A program made the translations under genes and the position numbers. A stretch of 63,765 bases of DNA, the filler included, from Ministeria vibrans ATCC 50519 (Eukaryota; Protista; Filasterea): the NCBI GenBank assembly GCA_943704425.1. It is 5 parts of 5 records of this genome, joined end to end, with 100 filler letters (N's around TTAATTAATTAA, not from the genome) between each part and the next. Parts side by side here need not be neighbours in the genome. Positions count along the whole stretch, not along the records: positions 1 to 26,848 come from CALSCP010002677.1; positions 26,949 to 49,962 come from CALSCP010000986.1; 3 more parts are not named here. The stretch is one strand, 5' to 3'. The notes below the pieces were generated by a model. That model made no database searches. It was not told the origin of the DNA and worked only from the letters and a program-made list of their open reading frames with translations. Below are positions 12,927 through 27,681 of the stretch, in pieces (position 1 is the stretch's first letter; each line of letters begins with the position of its first letter).

Positions 12927-14781
12927 CTAGTTAAGGTAAGTGCGCCACTCGGTCGGAGATTTGCGCGAGAGGGGGAGACAGCGGCGGATAGCGTCCAGGG
13001 AAGGTAAATGGTGGTTGAAATACATGTTGAAGATGAGCAAAGACCACTTCCAGTTGGATGTCAGGCGGTAGCGTACGGCCAAGTCCCAGTTGGCGCGGTT
13101 CCAGGGTTTGGCCCAGCCCGTCACTGGAAGAGACAAGGTGGTGAGTGGGAGTGAGTGTAAAATGCAGCGTGAGGAGGACAGTGTGTAGACAGTATCAGAG
13201 ACAGTGTTGGTTTTGAGTAGGGCGTACCGTGCAGAATCCCAATGGTGGGTGAGATGACACGCGGGTCGTGTCCAACATACGACGTTTCGCGACGGAGCTC
13301 GCTCGGATACATATTCCATACGTAGTCAGTGATAATGCGCGCACGGCCATACACCACCAGCTTAGCAGAAAGAAAATGAGCACACATACACAGAAATATA
13401 AAGTACGCGTGTGTGTCTCACCTGCATCACTACTTGCGAGCCAAAGCGCGACCACAAATACTCTCCACCCTGACGGTTTTGTGTGTCGATCCAATAGTCA
13501 GCTTCCTTGTCCAGCTGTTGTGCACGCCACTCCTTCAGGTTCATCCGAAGCACTCCCGCATTAAATCCTCTCTTTGAGTTATCANNNNNNNACGGTTTTG
13601 TGTGTCGATCCAATAGTCAGCTTCCTTGTCCAGCTGTTGTGCACGCCACTCCTTCAGGTTCATCCGAAGCACTCCCGCATTAAATCCTCTCTTTGAGTTA
13701 TCAAAGTCCTATCCCACATGTGTTAGCTCCCAGTGCGAGACTCGATCTTTCTCTTTCTATCACTTTGGTTCTTTTCTCTCTCACTCCAACTCTCTTTGCA
13801 TGTAACGTTTGTCTGTCGACGCTTACGATATTTCGTCGCTCCTGTAGAATAGATGTGACACGGTCCGTACGTAGTGCGGAGTTCTCCTGGGACAGCTCCA
13901 TCCGCACTGCCGACAGCACTTGGCCCGGTGCCATGACAGTGGCTGCCAGAAACTCACGCAGGTCGCGCACGACCAGCGTGTCGGAATCAAGGTAGATGAT
14001 GTCGTCGATCGACGCAGGGAGCAGCTTGTGGATGTGGAATCGCAGGTAGTTGCCGGCTTTGGCAAGTTCGGGGCGGATGGGTACGAAGACACTAGAGGGA
14101 TATTTAGAGTTGGGTATTTTCGGCAAGGGTCCGCTTGTCCTTCTTACGTTTTGATCGCCGAACCGTCGAAATGGTGAAATTCAACGGCAGCACGCCGGCG
14201 AACCGAGTTAATGTGTTGGTCGGCACTTCCAATGAACGCAGCGGATGGGATGACGCCTACGAGTCGTTGTGCGATCAGAGAAGACCAAAAAAAAAAAAAA
14301 AGAGACGAGAAAAGAAATGGGTACCGGTGCAGCGCAAAACGGCTTCTGGCATGCGAACATCGCCCTCGGTGAAGACGTGGAAGCGCACAGGGACCTTGGT
14401 GTTCTCGACGGTGGAGTTGATGAGGACCGGCAGGCCGTCGGTGGAGCCCTTGTCAACGGCAACGACAATGTGGATTTCGCGGCCGCTCTCCACATTGTAG
14501 ACGGTGTCCTTGGCGTATCCGTCCAGGTGTTCGCGCTGCTTTCGTAGAGTATACTCCTCGTTCATGGACCTGGGCATGAATGGGAGGTGAGATCGCGGCG
14601 CAAACAGAGAGCAAAGAGCAAAGAGCATTTTCTAATTTTACACGACCATGCCAATCTGGTTGTAGTCGTTGAAAACGATGAAGAGGACAAACAGCAGGCT
14701 CAGAGCCACTATGAACAGTGCCGAGTAGCGCATTTTCGGGCATTGCCGCCACGATGGACACGGTAGCTTGAGAGCCGCCAT
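12927..14781 (-). CDS. Glycosyltransferase family 8 (GATL/GLT8D-like), type II membrane; paralogue 1
   Basis: N-terminal TM helix, NYLRFHIHKLLP..IIYLDSDTLV (DxD), FNAGVLRMNLKEWR, ILHGT-GWAKPW. Small N gap inside. Confidence 0.85.
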
Positions 14782-15083
14782 CGAAATCAAAAATAATAAT
14801 AATAATAATATTATAATAATAATAATAATAATAGATAATAGCTACTTAGCTAGGCCCTTTCTATTTCAAATTCCGATTAGGATATTTTGGGTGAAAAATG
14901 CTGATTTGGCCTCTGTGGTTGTGCGTGTGAGCGAAAGCGTGGTCTGCATGGAGCATGGGTGCATTATTAGCGCAAAAGTGAAAGCAGCGCCAGGCGAGAC
15001 AGATTGTGGTTGGTGTTGTACTTGTACATGGAGACGGAAGGATGGGAAGGGAATTCGCTGGAGGCGGGTGAGGGAGGGAGGTG

Positions 15084-16271
15084 CTATTCAAGAACGGATG
15101 CTTCGCTGGCGTCGTCGGGGAGAATGACGTACTCGCGCGAAGAGAAGCCAAAGCGCAGTGCATCGCCACTCTTGAGCTCGACATAGCAACGCGCTTTTAT
15201 CTTCTCGCCGTTAAGGATCGTGCCATTAGAGCTTTCCAAGTCAATGATGTACGGTCTAAAGAAGAAAAAGAGATAGAGGGGAGGGGAAAAGAAACAAAGT
15301 GATAGAAAGAGAGAGACAAAGTGATAGAGAGAGAGAAATAAAGCGATAGAGAGAGAGAAGCAAAGTGATAGAAAGAGAGAAGCAAAGTGATAGAAAGAGA
15401 GAAGCAAAGTGATAGAGAGAGAGAAACAAGGTGATAGAAAGAGAGAGAAAGTGATAAAGAGAAAAGGGTGTCAGATGCGTCGAGAGGGAAGGAATGAAAT
15501 GCGCACTTGACACGACGGACCATGACACCGTCGTCGCGCTCACACTCAATTGAACGGAACTGTAAGACTGCGTGTTGGCCGGAGCAGCTTGGATGTGCCA
15601 GAACAATGTCGGCTACGCGCGCTTCGCGGCCGGCAAGGTACGCTGACTGGCGATGTAGGTGGAGTGGCGCAAGGTTGTCGGTGCCCTCCTTGAAGGGGTA
15701 CAGGCGCCAGTGACGCTGCGGCATTCGCGCCTCGTCCGGCTCTGTGTATTTCAGTACCACTCCATTGACCGTGTTCGTTTCCGCCGTGAGCAATCCCGAC
15801 GTCTTAAAGTCGGTCTTTTCCTTTTCAACAGGCTCTATAATTATATTCGAACACATATTCAAAAAACCCCCCCAATGCCCCTCTCCTGTGTGCCCTACCT
15901 CCGTCTTCGGTCTCCTCAGGCTTGCCATAGGCTCTGTCAACACTGTTTGAGCGGGAGCGACGAGCTTTGCGTTCACTGCGCACCCGAGGGCCGTCGTTCG
16001 CGCGTCCCCCCCGATCGTCGCGTCTTCTGCGCTCGTCCCAATCGCTTGAACGCTCAACTTTACTGCCACTCCCTCCGCCGCCACTACTGCCGCCGCCTCC
16101 TCCTCTTGGTGGGCTACGACTGCGGTGTCTTCGTCGGTAATGGTCGTCGCGATCTCTGTCGTCGCGCGAACGACGATGCGAGTCGTCGCGACGTGAACTG
16201 CGATATGACGATCGATCATTCCGAGGAGGGGATCGAGACTCTCTTCTGTAATGGTCTCGTCGGTCGCTCAT
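15084..16271 (-). CDS. SNIP1: SNIP1/Pml1 FHA-domain splicing factor (RES complex)
   Basis: RS-rich N-terminus, VLKYTEPDEARMP..WRLYPFK, HPSCSGQHAVLQFR, PYIIDLESSNGT, FGFSSREYV. Confidence 0.92.
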
Positions 16272-16350
16272 CTAAACTGGTTGAACTTTGAAGACGGAAT
16301 AAGTTTAATCTCAAATTCGCGTGAATTTAACTATTACAATATTTTGCCAA

Positions 16351-16749
16351 ATGCCCCGTGAGAATGACAAGTTTCAGTTGTTAGGGGAGGGGGATGGGGA
16401 TGAGGAGGAACTGGCGGCCATGACTGCGCCGCCTCGCACAGATTCGAGCATCGCGTTTCCTGCCGCCGAAGCATCACGGGCCACACCGTCCAATCGAGGG
16501 CGTGCCGAACTTCGCATGTACTGGAAGACTGTGCTGTTTGCAGTGGTGCTGTTCTTGGGCGGCGCGGGACTCCTGATAGCCGGGGCGCTGCTTGCGGCGC
16601 TCTCGTCGCCAAAGCAATCCATCGTCTTCTTTGTCATTGGCGCCTTGGCCTTCCTCCCTGGCCTCTACTACATCTTCTTTACGGTCCAGGCTGCACGCGG
16701 CGCACGCGGCTACTCGATGTCCCAGATTGCTATTGCAGGGAGACTATGA
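16351..16749 (+). CDS. TMEM230/TMEM134 family (DUF872) two-TM protein
   Basis: WKTVLFAVVLFLGG...IGALAFLPGLYY...AARGARGYS. Confidence 0.8.
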   Translation: MPRENDKFQLLGEGDGDEEELAAMTAPPRTDSSIAFPAAEASRATPSNRGRAELRMYWKTVLFAVVLFLGGAGLLIAGALLAALSSPKQSIVFFVIGALAFLPGLYYIFFTVQAARGARGYSMSQIAIAGRL

Positions 16750-16791
16750 CAATGAGTTTGTACAATGTAACAGTGATAATAAACATAATTA

Positions 16792-17720
16792 TTATACTAT
16801 CACGAGTGGTCGCCACTCAAGGATAGGATGTACAACCCGCTGAGCGCCTCCAAGTACTTGAGCAAGATGCCAAAGAGGTCGGGACAAGTGCTGCTGCTGC
16901 TGCGCTGCTACACACTCATCACGGGCACCACCTGCATCCGCCGTGGCATGATGGGCCCAGCCTTTGCTCGCTGTAAGATTCCCGCCGGTGCGACGGCCAA
17001 TACGTTCAGGTGTCGCGCGTGCGCAGCCATCCCACAGCCACAGCAGCAACAACAACAACAACAAAAACAACAACTGTCTACAGTTACCCCTGGAAAGTCC
17101 AGAACACTTCTTGCTCCACTGTGCTCACCCAGCGGTGTACCGACACCAACACGACTCACTGGTTGGCAAGACCCTTGCCGAGACACTGAGCGCGACTAAC
17201 AACATGCACTATAACGACATGCACTATGAAGAGTTTCATCCCCTGGGGGAGATGTACAGATGCTCGTCGTATACTAGCTTGGATGCTTCATCGCCGATTC
17301 ACCCTCCGTTTGTTTCATTCCACCTATCCATTCATATCTGTGTCCTCATAATCTAACACACAGTCATGACAACAAGCACGCCAGCCGCCTTGCAGCCGAC
17401 CCGCTCCGTCTGTGTACCACGGGAGCGCCCCGCAGCCACCTGGACTTGCGGCCGCCGACCACCGATCTGATTGCCTCGACCACGACTTCGACTTTACACT
17501 CCTTGCCGACAGACACCTCCATGGTGTCAGAGCCCTAAGCCCCCACTGGGGGTATGGCATATTAACCATTGCAATTGCCTCACTGGATAGCGACGACACA
17601 GCACTATGACCTGCCACTGTTCTCCCATGTTACCTCTAGAGTTTCGGTTGACGGTCTGCTGGCTGTGTGTCTTTGCGTGGTGATTGTATCAATAACAAAT
17701 AGATTATGTTCTGGATTCAT
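16792..17720 (-). CDS. Hypothetical multi-exon protein
   Basis: GC-rich coding-like blocks on the minus strand between AT-rich spacers. No family recognised and boundaries are uncertain. Confidence 0.3.
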
Positions 17721-17753
17721 ATAAATTTCAGACACAAGAGAAAACAGTGAAGC

Positions 17754-20092
<2,339 letters not shown>

Positions 20093-20520
20093 AGTCGGCA
20101 AACCCCACTTAAGCGAGGCCAAGACTACGGTTGGACTACTTGGAAGTTAATAGCCTGTGGTCTCCAACTATAGTGTCTGAATTAAGTGAAGTGAATCTGT
20201 GAATATGGTCTAGTCGGCTTCGGCGCCAGTAGTGTACTGGTTGGTGGTGTTGAGCACAAAAAACTTCCAACTGAACCATCTTCGTCTCGCTCGGTCGCAA
20301 TCTCGTCTGCGCCCGCCCGCCTCTGCGGACGCGACGCTGAAGACTAGACTCGCTGCCATCCTCAAGGAGCAGCAGGTCAGCTTTTTTTTCTTTTTTTTTT
20401 TCTCTTTTAACTTTTTTTTTTTCGATGCGTCAACTCGTGCGACTGTGAGTGTTTTATTCGCAATCTGTCTCTGCCACGTTACCAAACAACTCTTCCAACA
20501 CGAATGAATTCGCCGCGTGT

Positions 20521-20637
20521 GTCGTATTTTCACCCGATATTTGTTCGAGATGAAAAAGTGAAAAGACAGATATTGACTGTTCAATTTGATATCCCATTCC
20601 TCACCACGGAATGTATGATATACTGCAACAGTTAACT
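20521..20637 (+). ncRNA. Candidate intronic two-hairpin (H/ACA-like) RNA
   Basis: Stems TTTTCAC/GTGAAAA, TGACTGTT/AACAGTTA, ATATC/GATAT and CATTCC/GGAATG. Boxes are non-canonical. Confidence 0.3.
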
Positions 20638-20995
20638 CGTTTGCTTTATTCTACTTGAATCTTGATCCCTTACTCTTTTGGCTCCCGCGCGCGGCTCGAT
20701 CCTCACACACGCGCAGCTCACCGTCACGACTGATGCATGATATTACTTTTATCAATTCCTCGTCTTTTTCTTGCCGCACACTGCTGCTGCACGTTTGCTT
20801 GGTGTCTCGTCCGTCGAGGCGTTGGCTTGACCCTGAACGAGTGTGCTGCAGCTTCTTTGTGCGGTGGAGTTAGTTCGTGATTCTGCTACTGGGAACGGAA
20901 GTGGGCAGTTGTTCGGCGGTTTATTTTGGTGGCCATCAATGGGGCTATTCTGAAGGCAGGTGCACTCTCTCAGGCGTCAGGGTCTATGCCGTCAG

Positions 20996-21066
20996 TTATT
21001 GATGCTCTTTGTTTCGTTTTGTGTAGTGTCTTGTTTGACATTGAGTACACCTCTCTATTCTCTATT
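20996..21066 (-). repeat. Solo end of the MITE-like family
   Basis: Reverse complement AATAGAGAATAGAGAGGTGTACTCAATGTCAAACAAGACACT... is nearly identical to 48964-49035. Confidence 0.8.
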
Positions 21067-21102
21067 AAAAATTCTTATTATTAATACTATTAATTGTGTT
21101 GT

Positions 21103-23894
21103 TTATTGTGACTGAGACTGAATCTGACTCCAGCGGGCCTCAGCAGCCATCCTTGCAGTGTGGTAGGAATTAAGGGGCAAGCGAGTGATTTGCGAGTGGT
21201 AGTAAAGGGGAAGATTGGCAAGGGTGCTCTCAAGGGAGTTGACAGTGGACGCCTCAATGAAGACACCAATGTTGTTGAGACCCAGCTTGACGGCCGTCGA
21301 CATGATCGCCTGCGAGCTGTACAATGTACCCAGTCCCTCGAGCGACGGCCATTCAAACGAAACCAAGTAGTTTTCCAGCGTTCCAAAGGTTTGCTCGTTT
21401 GTCAAGTAGCTCATCGCAAAGTCGACATAGTACAGCTGAGGCTGGCTCACTACCAAAAAAACCGCAAAAAAAATTAATCACGATGCGTGTCAAACTCATT
21501 TCGATTAAGACAACGTTGACTTACCAACAACGGCATTGACCGTGGGAGAGTCAGTGCAGAGGGGACTTTGACCCGCAGCAATGGCACAGGCGGTGATCAT
21601 GATAGTGCCGCCGTTGTTGAGGTCGACAATGGACGGGTCGATGACGCAGGCGAGGATGGAAGGCGAGAAGCGCGGGTTGACATCGCAATTGACAGTGTAG
21701 CCAAAAAGGGTCGCCGTGTAGAGTGGGTCGGTGCTGCCTGGGTTAATAGGCGGGAGAAACTCGAGACGCGCCGAGGAGGCGCCCGACAGGGTCACTTGCG
21801 GGGTAAATGCGGTCGGGCTCTGCCAGACGGGCTGCGACACAGCAGTGACCAACGTCTGTTCGTCGCCGTGCCACGCGTACGACTCGTCAGCAAGAAAGGT
21901 CGACAGATGAAAGGAGAACTCCTGGCCGGCCGGCACACCCGTAATGTCCAGAGTAAATGTCTTCTCGACAAAAAAGGCATGGAGGGCGTCGCCCGTCATC
22001 TGGTGCGTGAAGTTCTTCTTGACGCTGCACTGACACCACTGCTGGAAGTACTGCACCTCGACAAGGTAGGTACGCACTTGGCCCGTCGCGTCGTTGGCAT
22101 AGTGGATAGTAAGCTGTGCGCCGTCAGCGGTCACCACAGAGGTGAGCGTTGTGGGCTGGGGCGGGCCCAGGGGCGGACACTCAGACGTGAGGTCCAGCAG
22201 CTCGGCATTGTTGGCAAAGTTGCTCTCCGACATGGTGCCCATGTTGGCCATGGTGTACGCGTTGCTGGTGACGTAGCACAGTTGCGGGTTGCTGTAGAGC
22301 ACCACGGCAGCCGACTCGCTGGCAAGCCAGCCTTGACCTTCGCCCCAAAACGACAAAAACTGCGTGGGTCGGTGACTGAAGAAGGCGAGATCGGTGGCGT
22401 CGAGCGATGTGTTGGCAACGTAGAGGAAGCCGGCAATGTCAAGCGAGAGTCCTGTCGAACCCTGCAGAGTCTCCAAGAGCGGGCACAAGGAGATGGTAAA
22501 GCCCTGGTTCATCATATTGAGGCCGTTGAGGGTGAGCGTCACCAGGTCGGGAAGGTTGTCAAAAGTGACCGAATCGAGCTCGACGGGCATGGTCAGCGCG
22601 ACGCTCGTGACGCCCTTGACGTTAGACAGCAGGATAGTCTCCGTTGTGGCAAAGCTGACGTGAAAGTTGGTGTTGTCAACAAAAACAACGTCGGAGACGC
22701 TGAAGCCCAGAGGCGCGTTCGAATTGGGGTCCTGGTAGAGCGCTGTGGAAGGGAAGGTCATAGCAACGCCAGTCTGCGACTTGCTTCCAAGACTGTGGAG
22801 CGACACCGAGACAATGCTGGCAAGAGAGCCAATGTCAAACAGAGCCAGGCTAGGCATGTTGGTGATGGTCATGGTGTTGGCGGTCGTCAGCAAGGGGAAG
22901 TTGATCGTCGAGATGACGGCGCCCGTCACAAAGATGCTTCCCTCGACCGATGTGAGCACGGGGAATCCCAGCGTTGCCTTGCAGTAGCACACGACCGTCG
23001 GCGTCTCCGCATACACTCGAATGTCTCCGCCAATAGTCGTCAGTGCCGGGAAAATCGCGTTAAGCATGCTGTCTGTGCCGTCAATGTGAAGTGATCCATC
23101 AATCTATTAAAGAAAAATAGACAAACATGACGTATAATTTAAATTATTATTATACTAATAACTAGTATTATTATTATTAACCTGTGTGGTAGATCCCATG
23201 CTGTAGGGAAAGGACACTGAGCCCATCTCTGTAAAGAGAACGCTACTCGATTGAAAACCGATTTGAGACACAAGAAATAAAATCCAAAAAGAAATCTCTT
23301 ACTATACGTTTCCTTTGACTTTGGTGCAACCGCTCGAAAGCCAACCATTGACCTGTCCCGGAGTCAGAAAGCAATGGGTGGGCGACTCGGGGTGGGGACA
23401 GTCGGTCGGTACGCACTCTATAATGAGAGAGTGTCAGTCACGTCGAGAGAAAAAAAAAATTGCGGGAAATCAGAAAATAACTATATAATAAAAGGATATC
23501 GCCTCAACACTGAGGAGAGCTTCACAACTGCCATCGAAAAACATATTTAAAGAAATAGTGGTGGCGGGGTGGTGGCGAACAGGTACACAAGAAGCGATAT
23601 CAGACAGGGCGACACCCAGAATCGGATATTTCACTGGCGACGCTGACACGCCAAGGTCTGCATGGTGCACACAATGCACTTGCAACTGTCATGGAGTAAA
23701 GGAAGCGGAAGGGGAAGTCGCCAAAACGGAGAAGAGTGTGGCAAACACAAGGAAAGAGAAGAAGAAAAAAAATTACCTCCATTGGCGCCAAGCGTCATGC
23801 TTTGGCAGCATGCGTCTGAGATGGAAAGAGCTGTGGCGCGTCCGGCAAACGAGAGGAACGCAACGGCAGCGGCGAAGAGAAAAGCTTTTGCCAT
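21103..23894 (-). CDS. Secreted protein with receptor-L/Ecm33-like beta-helix repeats and FN3-like domains
   Basis: Signal peptide MAKAFLFAAAVAFLSFAGRATA; FPALTTIGGDIRV, FPVLTSVEGSIFV, FPLLTTA and NPQLCY repeats, then FN3-like beta strands. Confidence 0.65.
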
Positions 23895-24288
23895 TGTGGA
23901 TGAGTTTTGGACTGATTGAAACGAAATAGATGATTCGCAACAACTGAAGATAGTGAAAGGGTGTTGTACGCAAGCACACACAAAAACAGTGCTGTTAGCA
24001 ACGAATAGTGGGGCAGAAGCAAAGGAAAAGAGTGTAGAAAAGACGAGAGGCGAGGCAAATGTTGTTTGGCGTGACGCGACTCAACCATTTGAAAATCGAG
24101 CAGACCAAACAATCGCTAGAGTCATGTGACAAGGAAAAACATGTGTGGTCAATGGATTTTGCTAAGAATCAATCTATAGGGTGTAGGGAAGGCCTGCGAG
24201 AGGACATGGGCGACGAAAGACAGGGTGTTTTGAGGAGCAACGGCGTTTTCACATTGCCACACTTTTTCCTCTTTTTCTCACCTTGAAC

Positions 24289-26258
24289 ATGCGATTGTTG
24301 GTGGCTCTCACACTTGCCTGTGTGACCATTGCACATGTTGGCGCCGAAGAGCCTCCCATTGAAATTATTCACGTTGGCCACAATGGTACCCTTGGATTGC
24401 TGTTCGCTTTTTTGCAAACTTTCCCTCGTCTCCCTCTCACGGCTGTTTCTCTGCTTAGAATGCCAGCTTTCCAGCGGTCCTGGTGGTGTACTGGTATTGA
24501 AACAGGATTCCGGCAACCCATTGGTGCTTAGCAATGATACGTAAGAATTCTCGCTTGTGCGCTTTTGTGTTGTTGCGCGACTTTCAAAAAAAAAAAACGA
24601 GGCATTGCTACCCCAACGGTGAAGGATGCTACATGATCGCAAACGGCGCCTTTTCGCCTTTCACACGCACTCGTGGGTTGAATGAGACCACTTGCGATTG
24701 TAAATGTTGGGAAACATCAAAGGGGGCAGTGACGGCGATGCTTTGTGGGTTTGTTGACCGATTGCCAGGCGATCGGGGCGTTGCAATAATCCCTCTTTCG
24801 TGACGTTCTGTTGCCCGGGGCGTCTGGGGTGGGCCATTGGAGTCTTGAAGTGTGTGAAAAACCACTTTGAACGAAATGGTTCGCTTCTTTTTTTTGCGTC
24901 TCTTTTAAAGTCTGTTTTTGGTGGATAGACGAAGAGCGCGAGAAACGGACAATGGAGTCCATTGGGTTGTTTTAACTTTGCGTGTTTGGCGTGTGTGGTG
25001 GTGGGCAAGGGATCGGTGGATGTGAAGAGCAACGCGAACTGGGGTGATTGTACTTATTTATGTTTTTGATTTTTTTATTTATATTCAGAGTGTGCACCGT
25101 ATTTCACGGATCCATTCAGATTGTCGACAACAACAGCACGGAACAAATTACCTATCTGAACCGTACAAACCCAAAATCGAATTAAAAAAATACAATTGAT
25201 TCACCTTTTTTGTTTTAGATATTGACGGCGATTTGTCGATCATCGACGAAGGATTTGGAGGCATCAAGTCTGTTGATTTGCCTCATTTGCTTTCAGTGGC
25301 AGGACTCTTTTGGGTGCTGGGCGTGAATGGGACGCACATTGACGCGTCCGAGTTGTTGGCGGTCGACGACAACGTGGTGCTGGAGCGAGTGACGCTCAAC
25401 GGCTGCGTAAACATGCCGCTGCTGAGCTCGGTTGGCGGAAGCCTGAAGATTATCCACTCGGAGATTGACGAGTGTCTCTCGTTTTCGAGCCTGTATCAGG
25501 TCATTGGCACGATTGTGATGGTGAACAACCGTCGTCTTCCGACTTTGTCGCTGCCCAGCTGGAACGAAGCCTCTAAGCCGCTGGTCGAGCCCACGACGTC
25601 CTACCTTATTAAGATCTCGCCCAACGCAGAGGAGGTGAACATCCTGACGAACGAGGCGCACTTCTACAGCGAGTACCTGATGCCGGTGTTTGAGGCAACG
25701 GACTCCATTCCCACGACAGCCATTGGCGTCACGTCCAACAACACGTTTGTGCTCACGGCGACCGTGACCAACCGCAACGAAATTGACGGTGCACTCATGG
25801 TTCTGTCCCCCGCCGCTGTGGTGGAAGTTACGCCGCTGACGGAGTGGTACGAGCGCATCGAATGGCAGGCACATGAACTCGAGATGCACATGTACGAAAA
25901 TGGTGGAGAGGGTGAGGGTGGTGAAGGAGGTGGAGGTGAGGGTGAAGAAGGTGAAGGTGAGGGGGAAGGTGGGTCGCGACGATCAGTCGAGGAGAAGACG
26001 ACGAAGAAGACCATGACGGAGTACGAGCGACTGCGCAAGCGTGCAATGCGTGAGATCAAAACACGCGCAGCCACAAGACGATCCGAGAGATACACATCGA
26101 ACCAGACGCACGCAACGGTGACCAGTCAAAATGCGCGTCTGGCGGCTCTGTTCAAGAAGCAGCTGCGCAAGGAGAGCCCCAACAAGACACCAAAGCGCCT
26201 TTTCGACGCCCAGACCCAGCCGTCGCTGGCCACCCGCGATGCCACGCTTTCCCAGTAG
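24289..26258 (+). CDS. Secreted protein with Cys-rich N-terminus, receptor-L/Ecm33-like repeats, GE-rich linker and basic tail
   Basis: Signal peptide MRLLVALTLACVTIAHVGA; LPHLLSVAG, MPLLSSVGGSLKI, FSSLYQVIGTIVMVNN repeats. Confidence 0.62.
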
Positions 26259-26575
26259 TAAACAAAGAATAAACAAACCGAAATTAATCAGTATCATAAT
26301 CTTAACTATTTTGGCCGAGAGACGAAGAAAAGTGCAAAATGTATCGGTTTTTGTTTTGTTTTTTTCAGGTAATATATATTTTTGCCAGCGCAACTGTGTT
26401 GAGAATTGTTATTATTGTGTGAGTATGAGGAAGAAGAAAAAAGCAGGTACAACTACAGAGAGGTCGAGGTGAAGAGTCTGCTGGCCTAGTGGAAATAATA
26501 AATCACTAATAATATTATCACACTGCTTTGAGAATTGTTATTATTGTGAGTGTAAGGAAGAAAGAAAAAAGGAGG

Positions 26576-26730
26576 TACAACTACAGAGAGGTCGAGGTGG
26601 AGCGTCTGCTGGCCTCGGGGGGGCGCGGGGTGGTCGCCAGGTAGTACGCATAGGCGGCAGAGAAGAGCAGGATCAGCATGGTAGGCACGAGCGTCGCTGC
26701 ACACGATGTGCCGTTCTGGTTGAGGAGGGA
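26576..26730 (-). CDS. Last exon of a membrane protein truncated by the gap
   Basis: After a tatag acceptor: SLLNQNGTSCAATLVPTMLILLFSAAYAYYLATTPRPPEASRRSTSTSL* (one TM helix). Confidence 0.35.
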
Positions 26731-26784
26731 CTATAGAGAGACGAGGTGAGTCGGTGTGAGTTGGATCCGAGTCGGTGTGGGGAG

Positions 26785-26848
26785 GGGGCTTCTCAATATT
26801 CCATTCCTTGAAGTCCTGTGAAGATTATTCCTAATCCTATTGTTCAGA
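26785..26848 (-). pseudogene. cox3: Mitochondrial cox3 fragment (NUMT or chimeric contig end)
   Basis: TGA ACA ATA GGA TTA GGA ATA ATC TTC ACA GGA CTT CAA GGA ATG GAA TAT TGA GAA GCC reads W T I G L G I I F T G L Q G M E Y W E A P under code 4 (cf. plant cox3 FTGFQGMEYYQAP). Confidence 0.75.
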
Positions 26849-26948
26849 NNNNNNNNNNNNNNNNNNNNNNNNNNNNNNNNNNNNNNNNNNNNTTAATTAA
26901 TTAANNNNNNNNNNNNNNNNNNNNNNNNNNNNNNNNNNNNNNNNNNNN
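26849..26948. other. Artificial scaffold linker N-TTAATTAATTAA-N
   Basis: Six-frame stop linker at 26893-26904. Confidence 0.95.
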
Positions 26949-27019
26949 CACCTTTTTTTAAAAAAAAAAGGTGCAAATCGCAAAAAAAGAAGAAAAAAAA
27001 CCGCAGGGACCACACTGTG

Positions 27020-27511
27020 CCTACCTTGATATTGTCTGTCTGTCCCTTGACGCACGCCTTGTGGAGCGGAGTTTCGTCGCGGTCGTTGCGTGAATTTACG
27101 TCTGCGCCTCCCTCGAGAAGTTCCTTTAAACGCTGAGCCGAGGGCAGCGACGCAGCATCCTGCAAGCACACAGCAGCAAGGGGGAGTCAGAGGCGGTGCG
27201 CTGGTCACTGGCTGGGCCCACATGCAGCATCGGTTGCGGCGAGGAGAGAAAGTCCAAAAGGAAAATTCCAGTTTTAGGCGAACTTGCACGACTCAACGGA
27301 CACGGCCGATCGCCAGCTGCGGAAGGGCGCAACAGGGACGGCCGGCACGCTCCAGTGGGGTACAAGACGTGATCGATGGGGGCCGATGAAGCGGAGAGGG
27401 AATGGGATGCTTTTTGGATGGAGTGGCGGAAACGGGGACTGACTGCTTACGTGAATGGTCATGCCCTTGGTCGTCATGATGTTGATGAGGAGAGGACGAA
27501 AAAGAACTCAA
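27020..27511 (-). CDS. Ankyrin-repeat protein, 5' part (truncated at scaffold edge)
   Basis: LKELLEGGADVNSRNDRDETPLHKACVKGQTDNIK. Confidence 0.7.
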
Positions 27512-27681
27512 GAAGGGCAGAAAATTTGTGATTTGTGAAAATATTTTAAAAGATCACGATCAGAGCTCGGACGGAGCGTTTACCTCGCTGGCACACACCA
27601 AACACACACACACACACACACACTTTGATCAGACGATTGCAGGAACAATAAGAGTTAAGCCACAGTGGAGCTTTAATGAAG

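Noticed and set aside
13472-13703. Exact ~112-bp direct repeat in GT8 paralogue 1
   Set aside because: Identical copies flank a short N gap: an unmerged contig overlap.
21568-23094. 508-aa plus-strand ORF
   Set aside because: Antisense shadow of the GC3-rich secreted-protein exon.
26893-26904. TTAATTAATTAA palindrome recurring four times
   Set aside because: Always embedded in N runs. It is an artificial six-frame-stop linker, so adjacency across it has no biological meaning.
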